DNA from: Methanococcus maripaludis
Lineage (GTDB): Archaea > AGJL01 > Methanococci > Methanococcales > Methanococcaceae
NCBI RefSeq assembly: GCF_002945325.1
Contig: NZ_CP026606.1
Span: 390,001-422,000, forward strand
Direction: 5' to 3'
DNA: 32,000 nt
The stretch's first letter is position 1, and each line of letters opens with the position of its first letter. Below the pieces are notes generated by a model that had not been told where the DNA came from, did no database searches, and saw only the letters and a list, made by a program, of their open reading frames with translations. The position numbers were made by a program, and so were the translations under genes. Of this stretch, positions 1-8,158 are shown piece by piece.

Positions 1-362
1 GAAAGCAAGTTTATTATTGACTCTTCGGTAATAAACGGCATGTCGCAGGGAACCAAAAAAACCCATTGAGATTTTGTATTCAACATTCCAGAAAGCATTC
101 CAATTAACGGACCCATTCCAGGCACAAAATCCCAAGTAATAGTCTGATGATATTTTTTATAGTAATAGAGCTGTTTTTCAATTTCTTCTTCGGGTTTTTC
201 CATAAATCGAGGGTTTTTAAACACCGTAACGAATGGAATTTCCATTTCAATTAACATGTCTGCAATATTTTCTATTAAATATTTGTTACCCGATTTTCTA
301 AAGGATTTTTCGCCACCCATACGCTCTGCCTTTCCACCGGATAAAATAATTGCTGATATCAT
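1..362 (-). CDS. mobA: Molybdenum cofactor guanylyltransferase (MobA-like); the C-terminal part runs off the window edge
   Basis: Minus-strand ORF with ATG at 362-360. It is absent from the supplied track because no stop occurs before position 1. Hand translation gives MISAIILSGGKAERMGGEKSF...VPGMGPLIGMLSGM...VFLVPCDMPFITEE. This shows the GGxxxRMGG nucleotide-binding motif, PGxGPL and the CDMPF motif typical of MobA. Confidence 0.75.
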   Translation of the reverse strand, partial: MISAIILSGGKAERMGGEKSFRKSGNKYLIENIADMLIEMEIPFVTVFKNPRFMEKPEEEIEKQLYYYKKYHQTITWDFVPGMGPLIGMLSGMLNTKSQWVFLVPCDMPFITEESIINLL

Positions 363-397
363 AATTGTCCCAATTTTAATTAGTGATTTTGACAAGA

Positions 398-405
398 TTT
401 ATATA
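398..405 (+). promoter_or_regulatory. Candidate archaeal TATA box (TTTATATA) for the FKBP gene
   Basis: TTTATATA lies about 68 nt upstream of ATG 473, and a GGTGA Shine-Dalgarno-like element sits at 464-468. TATA-like strings are common in this AT-rich DNA, so the call is only suggestive. Confidence 0.3.
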
Positions 406-472
406 CTCTTTTATTTATACTTGTTGTGATAATCTTTGCGATTGGATGTATTGAAACAAATTTGGTGAAACA

Positions 473-1159
473 ATGGAAAAAGGAAAACTCGTAAAAATTT
501 CATACGAAGGATATGTCGATGAAAACTTGTTTGATACGACAAACGAAGAATTAGCTAAAGAAAAAGGAATTTTCAACCCAAACATGGTTTATGGCCCTGT
601 TACAATTTCCGCTGGAGAAAAAATGTTAATCCCTGGACTCGACGGCGCTATTATGGAAATGAACGTTGGAGAAGAAAGAGAACTTGATTTAACAGCTGAA
701 AATGCTTTTGGTAAAAGAGATCCTTCACAAGTAAAAATCGTTCCAATGAAAGAGTTTAAAAAACATAAAGTAAACCCAATCCCAGGAATGCCTGTAAATA
801 TCGACAACAAAATTGGAAAAGTTGTAAGTGCAAACGGTGGAAGAATATTAGTTGACTTCAACCACGAACTCGCAGGAAAAGACTTGAAATACAAATTAAA
901 AATAGAAGAAGTTGTAGAAGCTCCTGAAGCTGTTGCTTTAGAAGTTGCAAAATTATTCATCCCAAGAATTTCAGAAGCAGATTTAAAAATAACCATTGAC
1001 GGAGAAAATGTAACATTAGATCTCCCTGAAAACACAGCATTTATGCAAAACCTTCAAATGGTTAAAATGGGAATTTCAAACGAATTGATCAAAAGATTAG
1101 AAGCTAAAAAAGTTTCATTTATTGACAACTTCGTTAAAAAAGCAGAAAAAACAGAATAA
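473..1159 (+). CDS. Long-type archaeal FKBP peptidyl-prolyl cis-trans isomerase / SlyD-like chaperone
   Basis: 228-aa ORF. FKBP-fold motifs are present (KISYEGYVDENLFDTT, IPGLDGAIMEMNVGEERE, ILVDFNHELAGKDLKYKLKIEEV), with an insert-in-flap-like segment and a C-terminal extension of about 80 aa. An SD-like GGTGA precedes the ATG. Confidence 0.9.
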   Translation: MEKGKLVKISYEGYVDENLFDTTNEELAKEKGIFNPNMVYGPVTISAGEKMLIPGLDGAIMEMNVGEERELDLTAENAFGKRDPSQVKIVPMKEFKKHKVNPIPGMPVNIDNKIGKVVSANGGRILVDFNHELAGKDLKYKLKIEEVVEAPEAVALEVAKLFIPRISEADLKITIDGENVTLDLPENTAFMQNLQMVKMGISNELIKRLEAKKVSFIDNFVKKAEKTE

Positions 1160-1282
1160 TTAAAATTAAATAATATCTTCTTTTTTTAAATTATTATCAG
1201 CGTCATTTCAAATAGTAACTTTTTTAAATTACGGTATCCATAGATAATGTAAACGTTGCCCCTTAACCACAATTAAAACTTC

Positions 1283-2185
1283 GTGATAACCATGGAAGAC
1301 CGATACGGAAGACAGATACGCTCTTTTAGACTTTCAGTAACCCCTAAATGTAATTTAAAATGTTTTTACTGCCATAAAGAAGGTAGAAATGAAGAACACG
1401 GCAAATTAATGAGTGCCGATGAAATTGGAAAAATTGTAAATTCTTCATTAGAATTTGGAGTTAGAAAAATCAAAATTTCTGGTGGAGAACCGCTTTTAAG
1501 AACAGATTTGCCCGAAATTATATCTTATATCAAAAATGAACAGATAAAAGACATTTCATTAACTACAAATGGAATTCTACTTGAAAAATATGCGCAAAAA
1601 TTAAAAGATGCAGGACTTGATAGAGTAAACGTGAGTTTAGATACTCTGGATCCTGAACAGTACAAAAAAATTACTGCTGGCGGAAATATCGAAAGCGTGA
1701 AAAAAGGAATAGAAAAAGCTATTGAAGTAGGTTTAACTCCATTAAAAGTTAATTTTTTAGCGATGGACTGTACGGTAAACCAACTTCCCTCAATTATGGA
1801 TTACTGCAGAAAAGTTGGTGCAATACTCCAAATAATTGAATTTATTCCAATGGAAACTGAATTAAAACACCACCATGTAGATGTTGTTCCAATTGAAGAA
1901 GAATTTGCAAAAAATGCAGATAATGTATTTACAAGAAAGTTCATGCAGAACAGGAAAAAATATGTTATTGATGGATTAGAAGTTGAATTTGTTCGACCAA
2001 TGGACAATACTGAATTTTGCAATCACTGTACAAGAATAAGGCTTACTTATGACGGTTATTTAAAACCCTGCCTTTTAAGAGATGATAATTTAGTAGATGT
2101 CGCAAATCCTGTTAGAAATGGAGAAGATATTAGAAAATATTTCATAAAATGTATAAACGAAAGGGAACCGTTTTGCAAACCTTAA
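1283..2185 (+). CDS. moaA: GTP 3',8-cyclase MoaA (radical SAM, molybdenum cofactor biosynthesis)
   Basis: Contains the CNLKCFYCH radical-SAM cluster motif, SGGEPLL, and the C-terminal CNHCTRIRLTYDGYLKPCL auxiliary-cluster motif. The track start is GTG 1283. ATG 1292 (MEDRYGRQIRS) is an equally plausible start. Confidence 0.93.
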   Translation: MITMEDRYGRQIRSFRLSVTPKCNLKCFYCHKEGRNEEHGKLMSADEIGKIVNSSLEFGVRKIKISGGEPLLRTDLPEIISYIKNEQIKDISLTTNGILLEKYAQKLKDAGLDRVNVSLDTLDPEQYKKITAGGNIESVKKGIEKAIEVGLTPLKVNFLAMDCTVNQLPSIMDYCRKVGAILQIIEFIPMETELKHHHVDVVPIEEEFAKNADNVFTRKFMQNRKKYVIDGLEVEFVRPMDNTEFCNHCTRIRLTYDGYLKPCLLRDDNLVDVANPVRNGEDIRKYFIKCINEREPFCKP

Positions 2186-2193
2186 GTGAAATA

Positions 2194-2694
2194 ATGAAAA
2201 ATGCAGAGTATTTTATTAAAAAACTCGATTTAGAAAAACACCCTGAAGGAGGGTACTTCCGACGAATCTACCAATCAGACGAAATGGTTAACAAAAGTAA
2301 TCTACCTGAAAGGTATAATTCAGACCGGTTTTATTCTACTTCAATTTATTACCTTTTAAATGGAAACGATGTTTCAAAATTTCACCGCTTAAAATCTGAT
2401 GAAATATGGCACTACTATTTTGGAAATTCAGTAATTATTCATATTATCGATAATTTCGGAAATTATAGCTTAAAAAAATTAGGGTCTAATCTTGAAAAAA
2501 ATGAAAATTTTCAAGTAATCATTCCTAAAAATTCATATTTTGCAGCAGAAATTACTGAAAAAAACTCATTCGTAATCGTTGGATGCACGGTATCCCCAGG
2601 TTTTGATTTTGAAGATTTTGAACTTGCTTCAAAAAACGAATTACTAAAAAAATATCCAAAACACCACAAATTGATTGAAAAATTCTCTGATTAA
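2194..2694 (+). CDS. DUF985-family cupin protein
   Basis: HPEGGYFRRIYQS, FHRLKSDEIWHYY and VGCTVSPGFDFEDFEL resemble DUF985 cupins. The track ORF begins at 2149 inside moaA. I prefer ATG 2194 (MKNAEYFIKKL), 8 nt after the moaA stop. Confidence 0.8.
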   Translation: MKNAEYFIKKLDLEKHPEGGYFRRIYQSDEMVNKSNLPERYNSDRFYSTSIYYLLNGNDVSKFHRLKSDEIWHYYFGNSVIIHIIDNFGNYSLKKLGSNLEKNENFQVIIPKNSYFAAEITEKNSFVIVGCTVSPGFDFEDFELASKNELLKKYPKHHKLIEKFSD

Positions 2695-2758
2695 GTTTAA
2701 GCCACAATAGTAGAGTATTTATCGACAGAACTAAAATATATTATTATGAAGCGAATGG

Positions 2759-4354
2759 GTGAAAGCTATGAAATCAATTCTAAAAAAAATAGGATGTATT
2801 TTAGTTGGAAGTACAGTATTATCTGCCTCCATCACGGCAGCTTACGCCTTGGAAAAATACGGAAATATCAATGATTTTATAGATGATGATTTAATAAAGA
2901 ATGGAAACCCTGAAGTTTATATTGTAGTTGGTGAAAACGCAGCTGCACTTGATGTAACCTCTGCAAACAAAATTTCTGCAAAAATAGGAACGCTTACATA
3001 CTCTGAAACGATTATCGAGGATGAATCTACAGTAGAATATCAAATTATTGGGGAATCTGAAAGTATTGATTTACTGGATGGAACTGATAAATTAGACAGC
3101 GCAGGTACTGAAAAATCATGGATTCTTGTTACTTCCGCAGATGATGACTATGCAGACCATTTTGATGATGACGAAGGAAACTCTTTTTCGTATTCTGGAT
3201 TTTCAGAAGCAGATCAAACCAAATCGTTAGGAAATTTTGGATATTTACTTGAAGTCGGGGATATAGATCCGGAAAATCATTTTGAATCTGATGACGATGC
3301 TGCAGAAATAGTTTTTGTAAGAATTACCGATTCAAACAAAAATGCGGGTTCCCAAAACTATGATATTGGAAAAGACATGGTTTATGCATCAATAGTATAT
3401 CCAAACCAGGTTTCTGCTTTTAAACTAACTAAAGATTTAAAAGAAGGTTACGAAATCCCATTTTTAGGTAAAAAATACCGCATCGTGCAAATTAATGAAG
3501 ATGATAATATAATATACCTTGGAACGGCATCATATGACGGAACGCTTGAACAGGGCAATTATATAAGTTCCGGAGATTACCAAATCGTTTTGGGGGAAAT
3601 TTTAGAAAGTGGAGATGAATACAGCGTTGAAATTTCGATATTGAGAAATGGAAACATAATTGAAGAACATACTGAAATTTTACGTTCAGATAAATCATTT
3701 TCAGTTATTGCAGGAGACCTTGGAGTTACAGTTCATGACGTATGGACAAATGCAGCTGCAGATACTGGCTACGCAGATATCACAATATGTAGATCGTTGA
3801 CTGAATTAGAACTTGGAGAAGAGTACGTGAATAACTGGGAAGTACGAGCAGTTACCAACACGGGCGGAACTATCGACTTTTTAAAAACTTATGAAGATAA
3901 TACCGTTGGAATTGCACTTGTATACGCTGGAAGCGATATTGAAGGAATAAATGACGGCGACAGAATCAAAATTGCAGATTATGTAAATTTGGTATTTGAT
4001 GACGAAGATGATCTTGATAAAATGGTTGCTGAATTTAAAGCAGAAAGAACAGTAACAACAGGATCAACCGGCGGAACTGTGATTTCAAAATCTGGAGAAG
4101 TTCCAAAAATAATTATGGATGACGAAATTAAACTTGATGAAGCGGATAAAAATTTAATATTGATCGGCGGCCCCGTTGCAAACAAACTAACAAAAGAATT
4201 ACAAAACGAAGGTAAAATTTATATCGACAATGAGAGCCCTGCAACAGCCTCATTAATTGAAGGTGCTGCAAATGGAAATAATGTCCTTGTAATTGCAGGT
4301 GGCGACAGATACAGTACGGAAAGTGCAGTATTATCTCTCATAAATCTTATTTAA
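2759..4354 (+). CDS. Secreted acidic S-layer-like protein (Methanococcales S-layer protein paralog)
   Basis: Signal peptide (MKSILKKIGCILVGSTVLSASITAAYA). The N-terminal segment is YIVVGENAAALDVTSANKISAKIG and the C-terminal segment is LILIGGPVANKLTKEL...VLVIAGGDRYSTESAV. I recall these patterns from Methanococcus S-layer proteins. The middle of the protein is very Asp/Glu-rich. Start is GTG 2759 or ATG 2768. Confidence 0.7.
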   Translation: MKAMKSILKKIGCILVGSTVLSASITAAYALEKYGNINDFIDDDLIKNGNPEVYIVVGENAAALDVTSANKISAKIGTLTYSETIIEDESTVEYQIIGESESIDLLDGTDKLDSAGTEKSWILVTSADDDYADHFDDDEGNSFSYSGFSEADQTKSLGNFGYLLEVGDIDPENHFESDDDAAEIVFVRITDSNKNAGSQNYDIGKDMVYASIVYPNQVSAFKLTKDLKEGYEIPFLGKKYRIVQINEDDNIIYLGTASYDGTLEQGNYISSGDYQIVLGEILESGDEYSVEISILRNGNIIEEHTEILRSDKSFSVIAGDLGVTVHDVWTNAAADTGYADITICRSLTELELGEEYVNNWEVRAVTNTGGTIDFLKTYEDNTVGIALVYAGSDIEGINDGDRIKIADYVNLVFDDEDDLDKMVAEFKAERTVTTGSTGGTVISKSGEVPKIIMDDEIKLDEADKNLILIGGPVANKLTKELQNEGKIYIDNESPATASLIEGAANGNNVLVIAGGDRYSTESAVLSLINLI

Positions 4355-4356
4355 AA

Positions 4357-4405
4357 CATTTTTAATTTTTGCTGTTTTTAACTTTTTTAAATTATAAATT
4401 TTTTC
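4357..4405 (+). terminator. Oligo-T terminator array after the S-layer-like gene
   Basis: Five T5-T6 runs (4359-4363, 4366-4370, 4375-4379, 4383-4388, 4399-4404) lie directly after the TAA at 4352-4354. Archaeal RNA polymerase terminates at oligo-T tracts. Confidence 0.55.
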
Positions 4406-4451
4406 CATTCAACGATAATTTTTTAAAACTTAAATCCATAATTATGATGAA

Positions 4452-4477
4452 AAGTATGGGGTGTAACACCCGTACTT
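4452..4477. promoter_or_regulatory. Imperfect 26-nt palindrome/hairpin upstream of the XRE-cupin regulator gene (candidate operator)
   Basis: AAGTATGGGGTG-TAA-CACCCGTACTT forms an 11-bp stem with one bulged G, one T-G wobble and a 3-nt loop. It is a GC-rich core in an AT-rich spacer, about 67 nt upstream of ATG 4544 and just 5' of the TATA-like AATATTAAATA. Confidence 0.4.
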
Positions 4478-4543
4478 CTTAAAAAATATTAAATAGGGGA
4501 TAAAATAACTGAAAAAAACCACGTTGGCATTAAAATTAAACAG

Positions 4544-5083
4544 ATGCGAGAAGGACAGAACATGTCCATCGAAGAACTTGCACAAGAGAGTAATAGTAGC
4601 GTAAAACTCATCGAAAACCTTGAAAATGGAGATTTAATTCCGTCATTAACCCCTCTTTTCAAAATTGCAAGAGCTCTTGGAGTTAGACTCGGTACATTTT
4701 TAGACGATGCTCCTCAGAACGGACCCGTATTAACCAGATCTGGAAGTTCAGATAGTATCGTCAGATTTTCAGGAAAATTAGATGGAACCAAAGATAGTAA
4801 ATTAGATTTTTATGCACTTGCTGCTGAAAAACAAGATAGGCATATGGAACCATTCCTAATAGACGTTTATCCAATCGAATCTAATGAATACAAACTTTCT
4901 TCGCATGAAGGAGAAGAATTCATATATGTAATGGATGGAGAAATCGAAGTTATGTATGGTCAGGAAAAATACATGCTTAAAAAGGGCGACAGCATATACT
5001 ATGATTCAATAGTTCCACATGACTTACATGCATTTGGAAAAGATGTTGCAAAAATTCTTGCAGTAATATACTCACCATTCTAA
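4544..5083 (+). CDS. XRE-family HTH transcriptional regulator with C-terminal cupin sensor domain
   Basis: The N-terminus [41 protein letters not shown] matches the XRE helix-turn-helix pattern. The C-terminus [19 protein letters not shown]...[18 protein letters not shown] matches cupin motifs. The frame is open back to 4493 with no canonical start there, so the N-terminus is slightly uncertain. Confidence 0.85.
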   Translation: MREGQNMSIEELAQESNSSVKLIENLENGDLIPSLTPLFKIARALGVRLGTFLDDAPQNGPVLTRSGSSDSIVRFSGKLDGTKDSKLDFYALAAEKQDRHMEPFLIDVYPIESNEYKLSSHEGEEFIYVMDGEIEVMYGQEKYMLKKGDSIYYDSIVPHDLHAFGKDVAKILAVIYSPF

Positions 5084-5105
5084 TCTTTAAAAATCGTGAT
5101 AAAAA

Positions 5106-5513
5106 ATGTTTAAAACAACTGTAACCCCCCGATTTGGCGATGTTGATGGGTTAAAACATGTAAACAACATCGTGCCTGCAATTTGGTTTGAACAGGCTAG
5201 AAATCCATTATTTGAAATATTCGTACCAGATTTCGATTTAAGCTACGAAAAATGGAATTTAATTATGGTAAGAACAGAATTCGACTTCGTAGGACAGATG
5301 TACCTTGGAATGGATGTTGAAATTAGATCTTACATTTCAAAAATTGGAAACTCGTCATTTACAATGTACCAAGAAGCATGGCAGAATGGCAAATTGGCAG
5401 TAAAAGGAAAAGCGGTTGCTGTTCACTATGATTTTGTAAATCAAAAATCAGTCCCAATACCAGATTCCATCAAAGAAAAGTTAAAAGAACATTTCATCGA
5501 AGGAATCGATTAA
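5106..5513 (+). CDS. Hotdog-fold acyl-CoA thioesterase (4HBT/YbgC-like)
   Basis: 135 aa. The N-terminus TVTPRFGDVDGLKHVNNIVPAIWFEQAR matches the catalytic Asp region of 4-hydroxybenzoyl-CoA-thioesterase-type hotdog proteins. Confidence 0.8.
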   Translation: MFKTTVTPRFGDVDGLKHVNNIVPAIWFEQARNPLFEIFVPDFDLSYEKWNLIMVRTEFDFVGQMYLGMDVEIRSYISKIGNSSFTMYQEAWQNGKLAVKGKAVAVHYDFVNQKSVPIPDSIKEKLKEHFIEGID

Positions 5514-5533
5514 TTGTACGTGCGAGGTAAATT

Positions 5534-7183
5534 ATGCTTTTTACAAATAATACTATCGGAGAATTCTTTGAAAAGCAAGCTCAAAAAGATCCAGACAGGG
5601 AATTTCTAGTATATCCTGATAGAAATCTCAGATTTACATACAAAGAATTCGACGAAAGAACAGATCTCCTTGCAAAAGGCCTCTTAGAAATAGGAATTAA
5701 AAAAGGAGATCATATCGGAATATGGGCGAGAAATGTTCCAGACTGGCTTACATTCATGTTTGCAACTGCAAAAATAGGCGTTGTTTTAGTAACAGTAAAC
5801 ACTGCATATAAAAGCCACGAGCTTGCATACGTTATGAAACAGTCTGATATGAAAGCCCTTGCAATTATTGATAGTTTTAGGGATGTAAATTACCTCGAGA
5901 TACTCTATGAACTCGTTCCAGAATTAAAAACGAGTCAAAGAGGAAAATTAAATAGTGAAGAATTCCCATACCTAAAAAACGTAATCTACGTTGGGCAAGA
6001 AAAACACCGCGGAATGTACAATACAAATGAACTCATGCTTTTAGGAAAGTACGTTTCTGATGAAAAGCTGATTGAAGCTAAAAAAGGTCTGGATTCTGAT
6101 GATGTAATAAATATGCAGTATACTTCTGGAACCACGGGTTTTCCAAAAGGTGTGATGCTTACACATAAAAATATACTAAATAACGGGTATTACATCGGCG
6201 AAAAACAGAAATTTACAGAAGAAGAGCGATTATGTTTACCAGTACCTCTTTTTCACTGTTTTGGAATAGTTTTGGGCGTACTTGCACTTTTAACTCATGG
6301 TGGAACTCTTGTAATGCTTGAAATATTTGATCCATTACTTGTACTTGCAGCAATACAAAAAGAAAAATGTACTGCAGTTTATGGAGTTCCTACAATGTTT
6401 ATTGCTGAATTTTCACACCCAATGTTTGAAATGTTTGATCTTTCATCACTTAGAACGGGTATTATGGCTGGATCAACCTGCCCGATTGAAGCAATGAAAA
6501 AAGTAATGTCTGACATGTACATGCATGAAATTACTATTTCTTATGGCCTTACAGAAGCGTCACCAGTGTTTACAATGACCAGTGTTGACGATCCCTTTGA
6601 AAAACGGGTTGAATCAGTTGGAAAAGCAATGCCGCACTGTGAAGTAAAAATAATAGATCCTGAAACTGGAAAAACACTTGCTCCTGGAAACGTTGGAGAA
6701 ATCTGCTGTAGGGGCTATAATGTAATGAAAGGATATTACAAAATGCCTGAAAAAACTGCTGAAGTCATTGAAAAAGATGGATGGCTTCACAGCGGAGATT
6801 TAGCGGTTGAAGACGAAGATGGATACTATAAAATCGTTGGAAGAATAAAAGACATGATTATTCGTGGTGGAGAAAATATATACCCTCGAGAAATTGAGGA
6901 ATTTTTATATACCCTGCCTGGAATTAATGATGCACAAGTTGTTGGAATCCCTGATGAAAAATACGGTGAAATTGTTGGTGCATTTGTAATCCCTAAAGAA
7001 GGATACGAAATTAAAGAAGAAGATGTCAGGGACTTTGCACTTGAAAAAATTGCAAGATATAAAGTTCCAAAACACGTGTTCGTGGTAGAAGAATTCCCAA
7101 TGACCGCGAGCGGCAAAATACAGAAGTTTAAATTAACTGAACTTGCAGTTGAACTCTTGAAAAAGGAAAAAGAAGACTTATAA
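5534..7183 (+). CDS. AMP-forming acyl-CoA synthetase (ANL superfamily, medium-chain/ACSF2-YngI-like)
   Basis: 549 aa. Contains the AMP-binding signature [53 protein letters not shown] and the C-terminal [13 protein letters not shown]. Confidence 0.9.
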   Translation: MLFTNNTIGEFFEKQAQKDPDREFLVYPDRNLRFTYKEFDERTDLLAKGLLEIGIKKGDHIGIWARNVPDWLTFMFATAKIGVVLVTVNTAYKSHELAYVMKQSDMKALAIIDSFRDVNYLEILYELVPELKTSQRGKLNSEEFPYLKNVIYVGQEKHRGMYNTNELMLLGKYVSDEKLIEAKKGLDSDDVINMQYTSGTTGFPKGVMLTHKNILNNGYYIGEKQKFTEEERLCLPVPLFHCFGIVLGVLALLTHGGTLVMLEIFDPLLVLAAIQKEKCTAVYGVPTMFIAEFSHPMFEMFDLSSLRTGIMAGSTCPIEAMKKVMSDMYMHEITISYGLTEASPVFTMTSVDDPFEKRVESVGKAMPHCEVKIIDPETGKTLAPGNVGEICCRGYNVMKGYYKMPEKTAEVIEKDGWLHSGDLAVEDEDGYYKIVGRIKDMIIRGGENIYPREIEEFLYTLPGINDAQVVGIPDEKYGEIVGAFVIPKEGYEIKEEDVRDFALEKIARYKVPKHVFVVEEFPMTASGKIQKFKLTELAVELLKKEKEDL

Positions 7184-7212
7184 TTTATATCTTTTTTATT
7201 AATTTTAGATTT

Positions 7213-8148
7213 ATGGTTAAGATTATGCAGTATGTCGATAAATCAAAAGAAGAATTTTTATCAGAAATTTACAGAATAGTTGCAAAAATAAGATTGGAAC
7301 TTGAACTTACTACCTCAGAAATCACCATTTCAGACTTTGAATTTAAAATGGATTCAGAAAATAGTAAAAATTTAATTTTAATGATATATACACCCACGAG
7401 AACAGATAAATCGTTATTAATAGGGCCTGGCGGATGGGTCGTTGGAAAATTAAGGGAAAAATTGAACGGTTCTTTTAAAGAAAATTTAATTATTCGAGTA
7501 GAAAGTTATATCGATAGAAAAAAAGAACTCGACGCTATTGAAAACTCAATATCCCATTTAAGAGAAAAAGGTTTGGATATTTCGTCCAAAAAAGATGCTT
7601 TAGTAATTATACAATGTGAATATGATCTTTCATCGATTGATTTTATAAATGAATATTTTAACCCAATTTTCATAACTTTTGACCTTGGAACTGCACTATT
7701 GCCTCATAAAAATAGAAACAGAATTGAACGGGTTTTTAAAGATAAAAATCTAAAATATGAATTTTTAAGCCCTTATCAATTAAATGGTGAACAGATAACT
7801 GATGCAATATCAAAAAACCCCTGTGAAATCATATGCAATGATTTAATTTCTGAAATGGTTAATTATGCAAAAAATAAAAATATTGAAGTTGTACTATTCA
7901 ATCATTTAAGCAGTGATTATGAATTTAGGAATGGTATTCACATACTAAATTTTTTAAAAATGTTTCCAATTAAGTTAAACTCGTTGATACACAAAGGTAG
8001 AAGTTTAGATTGTCCACTGTTGATACAATCATGTAAACGAAACAAAATAACGAAAACATTTAAAATAAAACAGATCGTTTCAGGTGTTTACAGCGGTCTT
8101 GTAGAACCTACTGAAGGTGCAGAAGAAATTATAAAATATTTGAAATAA
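7213..8148 (+). CDS. Conserved hypothetical protein with an N-terminal KH-like GXXG motif and a C-terminal PP-loop-like domain whose P-loop is degenerate
   Basis: 311 aa. SLLIGPGGWVVGKLREKL resembles a KH GXXG RNA-binding loop. DALVIIQCEYDLSSIDFI occupies the position where PP-loop ATPases carry SGGxDS. NPCEIICNDLISEMVNYAKNKNIEVVLFNH resembles the downstream NPCxxC...GH block of PP-loop enzymes. The domain assignments come from pattern reading only. Confidence 0.35.
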   Translation: MVKIMQYVDKSKEEFLSEIYRIVAKIRLELELTTSEITISDFEFKMDSENSKNLILMIYTPTRTDKSLLIGPGGWVVGKLREKLNGSFKENLIIRVESYIDRKKELDAIENSISHLREKGLDISSKKDALVIIQCEYDLSSIDFINEYFNPIFITFDLGTALLPHKNRNRIERVFKDKNLKYEFLSPYQLNGEQITDAISKNPCEIICNDLISEMVNYAKNKNIEVVLFNHLSSDYEFRNGIHILNFLKMFPIKLNSLIHKGRSLDCPLLIQSCKRNKITKTFKIKQIVSGVYSGLVEPTEGAEEIIKYLK

Positions 8149-8158
8149 ATTTTAAAGA

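Noticed and set aside
589-1035. 148-aa minus-strand ORF antisense to the FKBP gene
   Set aside because: It lies entirely within a well-supported CDS on the opposite strand. It has Ser/Phe/Ile-rich, low-complexity shadow-ORF composition and no recognisable motifs or SD.
2149-2193. Apparent 37-nt overlap between moaA and the downstream cupin ORF
   Set aside because: This is an artefact of taking the most upstream ATG. The conserved cupin sequence begins after the internal ATG at 2194, which lies 8 nt after the moaA stop.
4444-4482. 12-codon micro-ORF (MMKSMGCNTRTS) overlapping the hairpin upstream of the XRE gene
   Set aside because: It has no SD-like element and is too short to evaluate. The palindrome is a simpler explanation for the GC-rich core.
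4444-4512. Possible box C/D sRNA, with ATGATGA (C box-like) at 4444-4450 and CTGA (D box-like) at 4509-4512, 69 nt apart
   Set aside because: There are no internal C'/D' boxes and no terminal stem pairing the ends. The interior is occupied by a hairpin rather than guide sequences. Short motifs like these are expected by chance.
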